A DNA stretch of 64,000 nt, from the IMG/VR virus record IMGVR_UViG_3300021376_005091. The stretch is one strand, 5' to 3'. Of this stretch, positions 19,295 through 29,555 are shown piece after piece. This DNA comes from an uncultured virus (IMG/VR IMGVR_UViG_3300021376_005091). Lineage: Duplodnaviria > Heunggongvirae > Uroviricota > Caudoviricetes. The position numbers and the translations under genes are program-made. The notes below the pieces were generated by a model, which saw only the letters and a list, made by a program, of their open reading frames with translations, was not told the origin of the DNA and searched no databases. Positions within the stretch are counted from its first letter, which is position 1. Each line of letters starts with the position of its first letter.

Positions 19295-20004
19295 TCTCCG
19301 TAGATATTTAAAATTTCAGACACGGCAGGATGCCTCTGTATGTCCGCTTTGCCCAGTTCTATAAATTTTACATACTCAGCATTGAAATAGTTCTCATATT
19401 GTCTTTTGAAATCTACCAATCCATTGCCCACCAACCTATCCGACTGGCGGGTGTCTCCCGTGATCACCATCTGCGATCCTCTGCCCAGGCGAGTCATCAG
19501 CATCTTCATCTGTGATGGAGTGCTGTTCTGCATTTCATCACCTATGATGAATGCATCTTTGAAAGTCCTGCCGCGCATAAAAGCCAGTGGTGCTATTTCT
19601 ATTGTTCCGCGCTTCATCATCTCGTCCACAGTGGGTGGCATGTAGTGGCTTTCAAAAACATCCAGTATGGGCTTCATCCATGGTTCCATCTTGCGGTTAA
19701 TGTCACCGGGCAAGAAACCGATCTCCTCGTCCACAGAGCTGGCGGGACGGGTGACAACCACTTTGTCAATTTCGCCCTTTTGCAATCGTTCTATAGCGCG
19801 CTCTGTGGCCAGCATGGTCTTGCCCGTACCCGCTGGTCCTAGAGCCACCACGATCTTGTATTGATAGTTGTTTAACACGTTCAAATACTCCTGCTGGCCC
19901 GGAGTCTTGGCGGTGGGCCTGGCCGCTTGTTTCTTCTCGGCTAGATAGTTCATAAAGTTGATGATGTTATTCTGTTGTTTTTGACGTCTGTGCTTACGAG
20001 ACAT
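19291..20004 (-). CDS. phoH: PhoH-like ATPase
   Basis: GPAGTGKT, GFLPGD, AFMRGRTF, DEMQN, GDTRQSD, RHPAV. Confidence 0.95.
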   Translation of the reverse strand: MSRKHRRQKQQNNIINFMNYLAEKKQAARPTAKTPGQQEYLNVLNNYQYKIVVALGPAGTGKTMLATERAIERLQKGEIDKVVVTRPASSVDEEIGFLPGDINRKMEPWMKPILDVFESHYMPPTVDEMMKRGTIEIAPLAFMRGRTFKDAFIIGDEMQNSTPSQMKMLMTRLGRGSQMVITGDTRQSDRLVGNGLVDFKRQYENYFNAEYVKFIELGKADIQRHPAVSEILNIYGD

Positions 20005-20086
20005 TATACAAAATTACTTACCACTTTACCACAAAAGATATCTGAGCATAAATCATGACGTCGCGTTTATGCATAAATACAAAACC

Positions 20087-20557
20087 ATGCATGACGTATT
20101 AGATGTAATCCGCAACGTACAAGGACTCTATTCCTTAACACCCACCCTGGGCATACTAAAAGATTTTGAAAGAGTGGTAGACGAATTAGACGTCTATGTG
20201 TTCAAAAATTGGTCGGAAGGTGAATTATTGACAGGTCCTATTGATCATAGACATTTTGTGGAGTGTTCTTTCATGTGGCCCATGGAGCAAATGCCAGATC
20301 CGGCGGGCGGAAAACGATTGTTGGATCACGGTTGCAAAGTGACCTATCAGAAAGATACGCTGTTCAAACCAAGACCAATAAAGGGACCAGAAGACTACAG
20401 GCCCGGCACCACCAAGGGTCGGATAGATGGTCATGCCATATGGGTGGTCAACATCCGTATGCCCAAGGAACTGATCGGCAATTTCAAACACGGCCAGGAT
20501 ATAGAAACCACCATGGATTATCAAGCAGCACAGGACGCGGCAAATGCGACAGGTTAA
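20087..20557 (+). CDS. Hypothetical phage protein (start moved to 20087)
   Basis: TAAATA at 20074-20079, 7 nt before the in-frame ATG; FERVVDELDVYVFKNW, MPDPAGG. Confidence 0.65.
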   Translation: MHDVLDVIRNVQGLYSLTPTLGILKDFERVVDELDVYVFKNWSEGELLTGPIDHRHFVECSFMWPMEQMPDPAGGKRLLDHGCKVTYQKDTLFKPRPIKGPEDYRPGTTKGRIDGHAIWVVNIRMPKELIGNFKHGQDIETTMDYQAAQDAANATG

Positions 20558-21287
20558 CGAAGGGCTCAAGGCAGGTGATCTCGACGGCATAGTGGAGAAA
20601 CGTTTCTCCGTGGATCAATACAAGAGCAAGATGGGCGATGACAAGGACATCTGTGTGCTCGCCTTTATTTGCTCGGGAGCCGCGGGCGCCAAGGATCTGG
20701 AAAATTTTGCGGAAAAAGGCTACAAAAAAGTGCTGGACGCGGATGCCACTCCAGGCACAATGGATGACGGCAAGCACAGGGTATTCATAGAATTTCCACG
20801 AGAAGAAAAATTAGATCAATATATTGCAGAATTTCTAGATGATCTTAAAAAATTAACCAATATCAAAACATTTGAATTCACATATCACAAGAGATCTGTG
20901 CCATTTGAAGCCAGCAGAGCTAATTTATCTTCTGTAATCCCGCTGACCCCGGAAGCCTATAAGATAAAAACACACAGCATGAGATTGGGCGAAGTAAACA
21001 CATTCTTTGACAAATTCCAATTGTTGGAGTTCAAGTTGGATAAAAATATCATTGCCGTTAAAAAAAGAGGTTCACAAGAAGAATTAAAATTTGAACTGCA
21101 TGCGTATGGCAATACCAATGACATATTGAAAGAAACCAGAGCATTTAAAATAGACACCCACAGCATGTCAGAATGCCTGTTTCTCACCAAATATTTTGGA
21201 CCTTACAACATCACCAAGACCTACGAGGATAAGTTCATATTCTCCAAAGGCGGAGAATCTGCTCTGGTTAGCAAATACAAGTGGTAA
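20544..21287 (+). CDS. Hypothetical protein, possibly head-associated
   Basis: MRQVNEGL N-terminus; overlaps the previous ORF. Confidence 0.6.
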   Translation: MRQVNEGLKAGDLDGIVEKRFSVDQYKSKMGDDKDICVLAFICSGAAGAKDLENFAEKGYKKVLDADATPGTMDDGKHRVFIEFPREEKLDQYIAEFLDDLKKLTNIKTFEFTYHKRSVPFEASRANLSSVIPLTPEAYKIKTHSMRLGEVNTFFDKFQLLEFKLDKNIIAVKKRGSQEELKFELHAYGNTNDILKETRAFKIDTHSMSECLFLTKYFGPYNITKTYEDKFIFSKGGESALVSKYKW

Positions 21288-21962
21288 TTAAAAATTCAAA
21301 CTGATTTCTCTGAGATCTGGATAATCACCGCTGTCCATGGCATCGGCGTTCACAGGACCGTGTTTGGCATGTTCGTCCATGAGTAATATTCCCCTGGCAC
21401 AGTCATCCAAAGAAAGATTGTAGTGGTATCCTAACACATCATAACTTCTTTGTGTCTCCCAAGGAATCAAATCAAAATTTCTCCCGTCCGCTCTCGCCAA
21501 TTGGAAATACTCATGAGCAATGGGATCATCTGTAAGTATGGCCCCACCCCTGTTGATTTTCAATACTTTCCTATTGCCAAAACTGATGCAACAATGACTG
21601 CCGGTAATAAAACAATCTTTGTTAAATCTCACTGCCATGTCAACCACATTGGTGGGTTCAAGGTAATGATATCCTCGCCATTGCTGATCTTTGAATTTAT
21701 AACCTATGCCCAATTTTTTCAACATCATGGGCACACTCACATAGGTGCGGGCGGGCAACACGATCTCTGGTATGCTTTCCCCCTGCAATTGTTTGTATCT
21801 GAGGCACAATTCCAAGGCATGAGTGCAACAATCAGTGACTGTGACGTAAGGAGCACCTGTGTAATTTGACATCTTCTCTTCAAATATCTTCATGATGTCA
21901 AAAGGATTGCTCCATGCATAGCCGGAGTTTTTCAGCATTTCAAGTTCGGGACGTTGCATCAT
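21288..21962 (-). CDS. DegT/DnrJ-family PLP-dependent aminotransferase-like protein, short form
   Basis: FEEKMSNYTG, VTDCCTHALELCL, PARTYVSVP, SFGNRK (PLP lysine), RGGAILTD; TAAATA on the minus strand 6 nt upstream. Confidence 0.8.
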   Translation of the reverse strand: MMQRPELEMLKNSGYAWSNPFDIMKIFEEKMSNYTGAPYVTVTDCCTHALELCLRYKQLQGESIPEIVLPARTYVSVPMMLKKLGIGYKFKDQQWRGYHYLEPTNVVDMAVRFNKDCFITGSHCCISFGNRKVLKINRGGAILTDDPIAHEYFQLARADGRNFDLIPWETQRSYDVLGYHYNLSLDDCARGILLMDEHAKHGPVNADAMDSGDYPDLREISLNF

Positions 21963-22005
21963 CAGTGTTATTTAATATGGGTATATAATTGCGATAAATA
22001 ACAAT

Positions 22006-22491
22006 ATGTTTGGATTATTTGGATCAGTAAAAATGATCTTTACCATTGTCATGGTTATAGGACTGTCGGGCGGGGTCAGCTACGTGTACAAACTTAAAGC
22101 GGACAACGCCACGCTCAAGGGCAATCAGGTCAAGATGGAACAGGCCCTGGAGGCACAGGCCAAGTACATAGAGCAGCAGAAGAAGGATTTTGAGGCCATC
22201 ATGAAGGCCAACCAAGAGGTCAACAAGCTGGTGGGCAATCTCAAGAAGGACATAGACGACCTGGACAAGAGATTCAACAAGGGCACACGTGATCTTGGCA
22301 AGACAGCACTTGAGAGACCCGATGCCATGGAGAGGATCGTGAACAAGGCCTCAGACAGGGCTTTGAGATGCGTGGAGATCGCGGGCGGAGCCAAGCTCAC
22401 AGAAGCAGAGATCAAGGCCACCAAGAAATCGGAGATCAATTCCGAATGCCCTGCCATAGCCAACCCCAACTACAGGCCATACAATGAGTAA
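22006..22491 (+). CDS. Putative inner-membrane spanin (Rz-like)
   Basis: N-terminal TM helix followed by a long coiled coil; adjacent to a lipoprotein gene. Confidence 0.6.
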   Translation: MFGLFGSVKMIFTIVMVIGLSGGVSYVYKLKADNATLKGNQVKMEQALEAQAKYIEQQKKDFEAIMKANQEVNKLVGNLKKDIDDLDKRFNKGTRDLGKTALERPDAMERIVNKASDRALRCVEIAGGAKLTEAEIKATKKSEINSECPAIANPNYRPYNE

Positions 22492-22867
22492 ACTATTGGT
22501 TGCAATCACCCTGTGCCTGTTCCTCAACGGCTGCGGCCTGCTGGGAGAGAAGGCCATCAAGATATTCACACAGGAACAGCCCAGGGAGAAACTGAACCTC
22601 AAGACACCAACGCTGGAGGAAATGGAGAAACTGAGATGGATCGTGATCACCAGCAACAACGCCCAGGAAGTGTTCGCCAAGATGAAGGCAGAAGGATTGG
22701 ATCCCGTGCTGTTCGGCCTCAGCGACGAGGACTATGAGCTGCTGGCCAAGAACTTCGCACAGATACGCAGCACCCTGAAACAGACGCAGGACATACTGGA
22801 GCGCTACAAGGAGTACTATGAAGGAACTGTCAAAAAAGATAATCAGCCAGCTGACGGAAAGAAGTAA
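22484..22867 (+). CDS. Lipoprotein, putative outer-membrane spanin
   Basis: Signal peptide with lipobox LNGC; overlaps the i-spanin end. Confidence 0.6.
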   Translation: MSKLLVAITLCLFLNGCGLLGEKAIKIFTQEQPREKLNLKTPTLEEMEKLRWIVITSNNAQEVFAKMKAEGLDPVLFGLSDEDYELLAKNFAQIRSTLKQTQDILERYKEYYEGTVKKDNQPADGKK

Positions 22868-23219
22868 GTCCGCACTTGCGGGACTGCGCTGGTTCAGCGA
22901 GCTGGCAATTGATCTCCTGGTCTCCATGTTCACCTGGATCATTTTGTTCACCTGGAACGTGCTGATAAAGACCATCATTTGGGGCAGCGCCAAGTGGATC
23001 TATAGCGGCGCCAGATGGCTGTGCTGTGCGGTGTATGACCTGTTCAAGAAGGTGCCATCCGAGCTGACCTACTGGCAGGACGGCGTGCTGACCACTGTTC
23101 ACGTGGATGACTTCGTGGAGATTGCGCCCAACCTGATACAGTATCAAGACAGCCAAACCAAGAAGCGTGTCAAGGTCAAGGCGGAATATCCCATCAAATA
23201 CATACTGAAAGAAAAATAG
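22818..23219 (+). CDS. Hypothetical membrane protein
   Basis: Hydrophobic Trp-rich segment; fills the gap in the operon. Confidence 0.5.
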   Translation: MKELSKKIISQLTERSKSALAGLRWFSELAIDLLVSMFTWIILFTWNVLIKTIIWGSAKWIYSGARWLCCAVYDLFKKVPSELTYWQDGVLTTVHVDDFVEIAPNLIQYQDSQTKKRVKVKAEYPIKYILKEK

Positions 23220-23243
23220 GCTGCTATTTTGGTAAATAGTTGC

Positions 23244-23633
23244 ATGATCAGAACAGCGTTGTTCGTAGGCACTTTCATAGTTCTGCAGGGCTGCGCCTTG
23301 CACAGCTACATACCCAGCTTCTGGGATGACAATCAGGCCAAGAAGATCATAGACGTGCGGCAGCTGGTGGAGAACATCGACTGCGGCAGGCCACACGCCC
23401 CACAGGCCAGAGCCATCAAGGAAGACCTGCAATGGTTCGACCTTTACTCAGAGAGCAAGGGCATGATGCAGAACGACGTCAGGGCGCTGATCAGGCCGCT
23501 GCAGGAGACCAATGAGGATTTCCTCAAGAGGAGCCTGGAGAAGGAAGGCAGCAGGGCCTACTGCGATGGCAAGAAGAAAGTGATGCAGGCGCAGGCATAT
23601 AAAGCAGCACAGGGAGTGTTAGACAGATGGTAG
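23244..23633 (+). CDS. Lipoprotein (start moved to 23244)
   Basis: MIRTALFVGTFIVLQGC lipobox; TAAATA at 23233. Confidence 0.65.
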   Translation: MIRTALFVGTFIVLQGCALHSYIPSFWDDNQAKKIIDVRQLVENIDCGRPHAPQARAIKEDLQWFDLYSESKGMMQNDVRALIRPLQETNEDFLKRSLEKEGSRAYCDGKKKVMQAQAYKAAQGVLDRW

Positions 23634-23866
23634 GATATGATGAGCTAAAAAGTCTGGTTGGTTGCGGCAAGAGCTGGGCAGAGGAGCGGGCACAGATGGC
23701 ATTGCAGTTCGCGGACCAATACAAGGCGGGAGAGCTGAGCCAGGACGAGTACCAAGAGCTCATGCAGGACCTGATCAGGACAGACAAATTGGACGCCGAG
23801 GCCGATGACATGGTAGTTAAGAACGCACTGGTGGGCGCGGTGAAAAGTTTAATGAAATTTATATAG
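23627..23866 (+). CDS. Hypothetical protein
   Basis: Overlap-coupled to the previous ORF. Confidence 0.55.
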   Translation: MVGYDELKSLVGCGKSWAEERAQMALQFADQYKAGELSQDEYQELMQDLIRTDKLDAEADDMVVKNALVGAVKSLMKFI

Positions 23867-23874
23867 GAGTTGAC

Positions 23875-24204
23875 ATGAGCGAGATAAAAAAAGAAGATTG
23901 GATGCAGAAGCGCTGGAGGCCGGCCATGGGCTGGTTGTACATGGGCATCTGTGCCTTTGACTTCGTGATATTCCCCATATTGTGGAACCTGGCGCAGGCC
24001 ACTTACTTGAAAACCATCGTTTTCACCCAATGGAGTCCCCTGACACTACAGGGTGCTGGCTTCTTCCATATCGCTATGGGAGCAGTGTTGGGCTTATCAG
24101 CATATGGCAGATCTCAAGAAAAGATTGCTACGACCACATCCAATGGTAACGCTCCCGTGTTTGGTGCCAGAAAACCTGCCAAGACGGAAGACCCAGTTCT
24201 GTAA
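23875..24204 (+). CDS. Putative holin (GTA 3TM-holin-like)
   Basis: WMQKRWRPAMGW, two hydrophobic helices, LGLSAYGRSQEK; AGGAG RBS. Confidence 0.65.
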   Translation: MSEIKKEDWMQKRWRPAMGWLYMGICAFDFVIFPILWNLAQATYLKTIVFTQWSPLTLQGAGFFHIAMGAVLGLSAYGRSQEKIATTTSNGNAPVFGARKPAKTEDPVL

Positions 24205-24215
24205 TTACCAAAGCA

Positions 24216-24243
24216 TTGACAGATACTAAATCCGTAGTAAACT
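24216..24243 (+). promoter_or_regulatory. Sigma70-type promoter
   Basis: TTGACA-N16-TAAACT, 7 nt before the dnaJ ATG. Confidence 0.55.
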
Positions 24244-24250
24244 TATACAG

Positions 24251-25102
24251 ATGAAGAATTTTTATGACACCCTGGGTGTGGCCGAGTCAGCATCTGACAA
24301 GGAGATCAAAGAAGCCTTCAAAGTCCTGGCCAAGAAGCATCACCCCGACAGGGGCGGCGACGAAAAGAAATTCAAGGACATTAACGAGGCCTATGACACT
24401 CTGAAGTCACGGGACAAGCGTCAGGAATACGACGCCATCCGGCGCTACGGCCAGAGGTCAGGTGGATCGGGTTCGGGCTTCAACTACAACAGCAGCGATT
24501 TCTTCAGCGAGGATATTTTCCAGGACTTCTTCTCTGGATTTGGATTCGCTCCCGGACGGGGTCAGACACGGGTTTATAGGAATCGGCCACGCACAAATCA
24601 GTCAGTGAACATCAGGATATCATTGTCTATAAAGGAAGTGTATCATGCCTGCGAGAAGACTGTCAGTGTACGATTGCCGTCGGGCCGAGATGAGATTGTA
24701 CATTTGAAGATACCCGCCGGTGTGCAAAACGGCGCCGTGTTCAAGTACAGGGGACTGGGCGATGACACCGATAAAAATTTACAACGTGGAGATCTGCTGT
24801 GCAACGTGCAGGTGTTGGACAGCGATGGATACACCAGGAAAGGAAATGATCTCTATACAGATAAAACCATAAGTTGTTTCGAAGCCATGAGAGGCATGGA
24901 ATTTCAAATAAGAACATTGGATGATAGGATTTTAAACGTGAAGGTCCCGGCAGCGACTCAGCCGGGCAACACTATCATGTTGAAGGGACAGGGTATGCCG
25001 GTCCATGAGACCTTAAATATCAAAGGAAACATGTACATTAACATAAACATATCTATACCACGACTAAATGAAAGGGATCTAGACAAGATTAAAAATTTAT
25101 AA
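24251..25102 (+). CDS. dnaJ: DnaJ-class chaperone (CbpA-like, no Zn finger)
   Basis: J domain with HPD, G/F-rich linker, C-terminal DnaJ_C domain. Confidence 0.92.
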   Translation: MKNFYDTLGVAESASDKEIKEAFKVLAKKHHPDRGGDEKKFKDINEAYDTLKSRDKRQEYDAIRRYGQRSGGSGSGFNYNSSDFFSEDIFQDFFSGFGFAPGRGQTRVYRNRPRTNQSVNIRISLSIKEVYHACEKTVSVRLPSGRDEIVHLKIPAGVQNGAVFKYRGLGDDTDKNLQRGDLLCNVQVLDSDGYTRKGNDLYTDKTISCFEAMRGMEFQIRTLDDRILNVKVPAATQPGNTIMLKGQGMPVHETLNIKGNMYININISIPRLNERDLDKIKNL

Positions 25103-25129
25103 GAAAATTTTTATCTACGCACACGTAAA

Positions 25130-25606
25130 ATGAATCTAAGTATCTACACTAATTCGTATCACACACTGCACACGGCCAGCACAGAATTTAATTTTGATGA
25201 AATACCATTGGGATATTCCTCACTGGAGTTATTCGAGAGAGACGTGATACATCTCATGACACACAGCCAAGGCATGGGTCTAGCCGCAAATCAGATTGGA
25301 ATTACCAAAAGATTCTTTGCCATGGGGCACGAGTCATTTGACGTTTTCAAAAAACCTGCTATAATTTATAATCCAGTGCTGGTTCATGCGGACGACAAAC
25401 GCGAAATCGCACAGGAGGGATGTCTCAGTTTCCCGGGCATGTTGCTTGAGATCAGCAGATCACGCACCGTGAAGGTGAGATATCAAAACGGCAAAGGAGA
25501 ATTATTGTTGTCAATTTTAGAAGGATTAGAAGCCAGATGTTTTCAGCACGAGCTCGACCACATCAATGGAATCACTTTCGACCAAAGAGCACGCAGAAAA
25601 AGATAG
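25130..25606 (+). CDS. def: Peptide deformylase
   Basis: GMGLAANQ, EGCLS and QHELDH motifs. Confidence 0.93.
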   Translation: MNLSIYTNSYHTLHTASTEFNFDEIPLGYSSLELFERDVIHLMTHSQGMGLAANQIGITKRFFAMGHESFDVFKKPAIIYNPVLVHADDKREIAQEGCLSFPGMLLEISRSRTVKVRYQNGKGELLLSILEGLEARCFQHELDHINGITFDQRARRKR

Positions 25607-25609
25607 ACT

Positions 25610-27919
25610 ATGTTAGAAGCCAACGAATCACTTGAAAATATTTTTGAAAACTCGGTCAAAGAGGCCGAGAAGCGACGACACGAATACGTGACCATAGAAC
25701 ATCTGCTGTTGTCATTGATCAAGGACAAGGAAGTGGGCACTATGTTGGCGGATCTAAAAACCAATGTGGGTGCGCTAATTCTTGATATAGAAAATTATCT
25801 GGATACAAAGTGTGCGGACATAGTGAGCAAGGGAACCAATCCAGTGGCTCCCAGAAAGACTGCAAGTTTAGAACGGCTGATGAACAGAGCATTCACACAG
25901 GCCCTGTTCCAGGGCAGGCAGAGCGTCACCGCGATAGACGTGCTGCTGAGCATATTCGCTGAGAAGAAGAGCTATGGTGCTTTCTTTTTAAAAACACATA
26001 AAATTAATAAAGATGATTTGCAAGATCTAATATCGGCGGAAACTATCCTGGAAGACTCAGGTATGGGAGCCACTGTGAATCCAGAACAAAAATTAAGGCC
26101 TAATCAGGCGGACAAGGTATTGAAAAATTATTGCGAGAATCTTAACCAGAAATATTTTGATAAAAAGATAGATCCAGTTATTGGCCGAGATGATGATCTA
26201 GAAGTGCTGAAACAGATTCTTGCTCGCAGAAACAAGAACAATGTGCTGCTGGTGGGTGATCCAGGCGTGGGTAAGACCGCCATAGTGGAAGGCCTAGCAA
26301 GAAGGATCGCCAAGAACAAGGATGACGTGCCAGAGTATCTCAAAGGCAACATTGTGTTTAGTTTGGACGTGGCCAGCATGATCGCGGGCAGCAAGTTTCG
26401 AGGAGACTTTGAAGAGAGATTGAAACTTGTGCTTAACGCGCTGGACCAAAAAGGCAATGCTATCTTGTTCATCGATGAGGCACACATGATGGTGGGCGCC
26501 GGGACCACAGGACAGGGTGGCATGGACCTGGCCAACATGATGAAACCGGTCTTGATGAAAGGCAACATCAAGGTCATAGCTTCCACCACGTGGGAAGAGT
26601 ACAGGAAATTCTTTGAGAAGGATCGAGCACTGATGAGGAGGTTCCAGAGGCTGCAGATCGGAGAGCCCACACAGGAGGTCTGTGTCAAGATATTGAAAGG
26701 CATCAAGCAATACTATGAGAAGTTCCATGGTTGCACCATCACCGACGAGGCGTGTGAAGACGCAGTGGAATATTCATCCAAATTCATAGCGGATAAAAAA
26801 TTACCAGATAAGGCTATAGATGTAGTAGATTCTGCCTGCGCGCGTTTGAGATTAAAAGGAGTCAAAGATGGCCGCATTGACCATGACGAGATCATACACG
26901 AGATCAGCAAACTCACCGGCATCAGCATAGAGCAGTTGAGCCAGAAACAGGCCGCGAACTTAGAAACGCTGGAGAGCAAGATGAAGCTGCAGGTGTTCGG
27001 ACAAGATGAAGCATTAAACAAAGTGATTGATAAAATATTGATAAGCAGGGCCGGGCTGAAGAGCCTAAACAAGCCCGTGGGATCATTCCTGTTCATAGGA
27101 CCAACTGGTTGTGGTAAGACCGAAACAGCAAGAACATTGGCCACCACGCTGGGCACACAGTTGATAAGATTTGACATGAGCGAGTACCAAGAGAAGCATT
27201 CCATAGCCAAATTGATAGGATCGCCTCCAGGATATGTGGGCTACGAAGATGCGCAGATGGGCGGCGGCATGTTCATCAATGAGATCGAGAAACAGCCTCA
27301 CGCGGTGGTGCTGTTCGATGAAGTGGAAAAAGCGCACACGGACGTCAGCAACATGCTGCTACAGGTCATGGACTATGGCACTGTGACAGGCAGCAATGGA
27401 AAAAAAGCTGACTGTAGAAACATAATTTTAATTCTTACCTCCAACCTTGGAGCGGAAGAGATGGAGAGAGCCAATCTGGGATTTGGCGAGCAGCAAAGGA
27501 CCGACGACGATGACGCTGTGAAAAGATTCTTCGCGCCGGAGTTCAGGAACAGGTTGGACGCAGTGATCAAGTTCAGGAAGCTGGAGAAAGAGACCATGAA
27601 GAAGATAGTTAACAAGTTCTTATTGGAGCTCAACACGATGACCTTGGAGAAACGAGTCGAGGTCAATGCCTCTGAGGACGCCATCGAGTACTTGGTAAAC
27701 AAGGGCTTCGATGACAAGCTGGGCGCCCGTCCACTGGCGAGGATTATCGATGATGAGATCAAGAAACCGCTGTCCAAGATGATACTGTTTGGAGAATTAT
27801 TAGATGGTGGCAGAGTTGAAGTCACCATAAAAGAGGAAAAGATCGCATTGGAATATAAAAAACCACAGCTGGAAACCAATGCGCAAACACAACAGGCTGA
27901 TGCGGAAACATCACAATAG
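25610..27919 (+). CDS. clpA: ATP-dependent Clp protease ATPase subunit ClpA
   Basis: Clp N domain (HEYVTIEHLLL), two AAA modules (GDPGVGKT, GPTGCGKT), GSPPGYVG, LGF ClpP-binding loop, no ClpB M domain. Confidence 0.9.
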   Translation: MLEANESLENIFENSVKEAEKRRHEYVTIEHLLLSLIKDKEVGTMLADLKTNVGALILDIENYLDTKCADIVSKGTNPVAPRKTASLERLMNRAFTQALFQGRQSVTAIDVLLSIFAEKKSYGAFFLKTHKINKDDLQDLISAETILEDSGMGATVNPEQKLRPNQADKVLKNYCENLNQKYFDKKIDPVIGRDDDLEVLKQILARRNKNNVLLVGDPGVGKTAIVEGLARRIAKNKDDVPEYLKGNIVFSLDVASMIAGSKFRGDFEERLKLVLNALDQKGNAILFIDEAHMMVGAGTTGQGGMDLANMMKPVLMKGNIKVIASTTWEEYRKFFEKDRALMRRFQRLQIGEPTQEVCVKILKGIKQYYEKFHGCTITDEACEDAVEYSSKFIADKKLPDKAIDVVDSACARLRLKGVKDGRIDHDEIIHEISKLTGISIEQLSQKQAANLETLESKMKLQVFGQDEALNKVIDKILISRAGLKSLNKPVGSFLFIGPTGCGKTETARTLATTLGTQLIRFDMSEYQEKHSIAKLIGSPPGYVGYEDAQMGGGMFINEIEKQPHAVVLFDEVEKAHTDVSNMLLQVMDYGTVTGSNGKKADCRNIILILTSNLGAEEMERANLGFGEQQRTDDDDAVKRFFAPEFRNRLDAVIKFRKLEKETMKKIVNKFLLELNTMTLEKRVEVNASEDAIEYLVNKGFDDKLGARPLARIIDDEIKKPLSKMILFGELLDGGRVEVTIKEEKIALEYKKPQLETNAQTQQADAETSQ

Positions 27920-28577
27920 ATTATATTTTGGGAGATACTCTCACAAAGTGGCGTTCCGTATGCCCTGGGCCTGTTACCTATATCCCACCACGGATCAACA
28001 TCTCAAAACAATATTGGATCACAATGATGATGATTTCAAATCAGCGGGCGCTCTAAGACAAAATAAATGGATTCAATTTGGGAAACATAGTCAAAAAATA
28101 AAAAAATTGGCCTCATGTATACTGCACAACCGAGATAAAATGAAGTTTAGAATACAGAACGTTGACACAATATTCTACTGCTGCGAGGAGATGGCCAAAG
28201 ATCTCGTATCTGTATTTTGGGACGAGTGGTGCAGCGCGGACGCCGTGCCTGAGGACAAATCTTATCTTCTTGATAAAAATTCAGTCCTGTGCAAGAGATT
28301 GCCTCTGGGCAAGTATGAATATCAAGTTCATCTTAAAAAGAATGTGCATAAAATATTAAAACCTCACCAGCGCGAAAATCTATTTAGATATCTCACACAA
28401 AATCCTGAAAATTGTGTGATCACTACCAGGTATGTAAAAGAATACCTGCAGGGCCATAGCGAATATGGCTGGCAAGGATATTTCTATGTGAGAAATGAAA
28501 AATTGCTTACCCCCATATACATGATGGCGCAACATGCGGTGGAAAAGGTTATAAAGTTTGTCAAGGTCTCTAAATGA
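27879..28577 (+). CDS. Hypothetical protein
   Basis: 232-aa ORF overlapping the clpA end; start could be the second Met. Confidence 0.6.
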   Translation: MRKHNRLMRKHHNRLYFGRYSHKVAFRMPWACYLYPTTDQHLKTILDHNDDDFKSAGALRQNKWIQFGKHSQKIKKLASCILHNRDKMKFRIQNVDTIFYCCEEMAKDLVSVFWDEWCSADAVPEDKSYLLDKNSVLCKRLPLGKYEYQVHLKKNVHKILKPHQRENLFRYLTQNPENCVITTRYVKEYLQGHSEYGWQGYFYVRNEKLLTPIYMMAQHAVEKVIKFVKVSK

Positions 28578-28882
28578 TAGAAGTGATACTAAAATTAAGG
28601 GACCGTAACATTTTTAAAGTGGGCACCATCATAGAAACTATGATTGATAAGCATCACATGGGCACTCCCATACAGGTCAAGGCCTCCATGAGAATTAGAG
28701 AACTTCACAGCGACCATTGCATAGCAGACGAAGAATATGACTACGCCGCGGTAGTTCCATTCAGGAAGATCATGTACTACGACATTATAACCATAGACGG
28801 CATGCGACCGCAGGACCTGGCCGCTGTGTACAACCTTGGTCCAAAAACAAGCAGATTCCAAAAAGAAAAACGCCATAAATAA
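28574..28882 (+). CDS. Hypothetical protein
   Basis: ATGA overlap; IITIDGM.P..LA..YNL motif. Confidence 0.6.
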   Translation: MIEVILKLRDRNIFKVGTIIETMIDKHHMGTPIQVKASMRIRELHSDHCIADEEYDYAAVVPFRKIMYYDIITIDGMRPQDLAAVYNLGPKTSRFQKEKRHK

Positions 28883-28887
28883 CTGCC

Positions 28888-29469
28888 ATGGCACAGACAA
28901 GCACAACCATACGCAGCGCAACCGCACACAAGGCCACAATCACTGGCACTGTGATCAGTTTCTCACAGACAGGCACAGAATACAAAATTAATTCCAGCAA
29001 CACCACTACAACCTCGCTTGGTGGCTTTGAAAAATTTGACCTAATCACTGTGACTGGCACGACCAACAACAACAAGACATTCACCGTCAAGAGCAAAGCA
29101 TCAAATGGATCTCACCTTGTGGTTGAGGAATCTACAACGACAGAAGCAGCGGGTGCGTCAGTATCTTTGGATTACATTGGTTTCGTAACCGACAAACATC
29201 AGGGAGATGGCTACTACTCACAGGTGGACGGGGTGCACACAGTGGCATACCACGTCAACAGCACCATGACCGGATCCATAAAAATGCAGGGATCGCTGGC
29301 CACCACGCCCACAGAGGATGATTATTTTGACATATCCGGCACCACTTTCACAGCGGACCAGAGCACATTGGTTGACAGCAAGAACTTCACGGGTAACTTC
29401 GTCTGGGTCAGAGCCAAGTGCACCAGCATGACCGCGGGCTCCGTTACCAAGATATTATATAATCATTAG
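28888..29469 (+). CDS. Putative virion structural protein
   Basis: TAAATA 6 nt upstream; Thr-rich beta protein; GDGYY..DGVHT and NFTGNFVWVRA. Confidence 0.6.
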   Translation: MAQTSTTIRSATAHKATITGTVISFSQTGTEYKINSSNTTTTSLGGFEKFDLITVTGTTNNNKTFTVKSKASNGSHLVVEESTTTEAAGASVSLDYIGFVTDKHQGDGYYSQVDGVHTVAYHVNSTMTGSIKMQGSLATTPTEDDYFDISGTTFTADQSTLVDSKNFTGNFVWVRAKCTSMTAGSVTKILYNH

Positions 29470-29521
29470 ACCATTCAAAATAAGTCTTTGAATTTCAATG
29501 CTTTTTATATAGATCAACTCA

Positions 29522-29549
29522 TTGACATCAATTAGATCTACTGTATAAT
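29522..29549 (+). promoter_or_regulatory. Sigma70-type promoter
   Basis: TTGACA-N16-TATAAT, 6 nt before ATG 29556. Confidence 0.7.
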
Positions 29550-29555
29550 TGTGTT

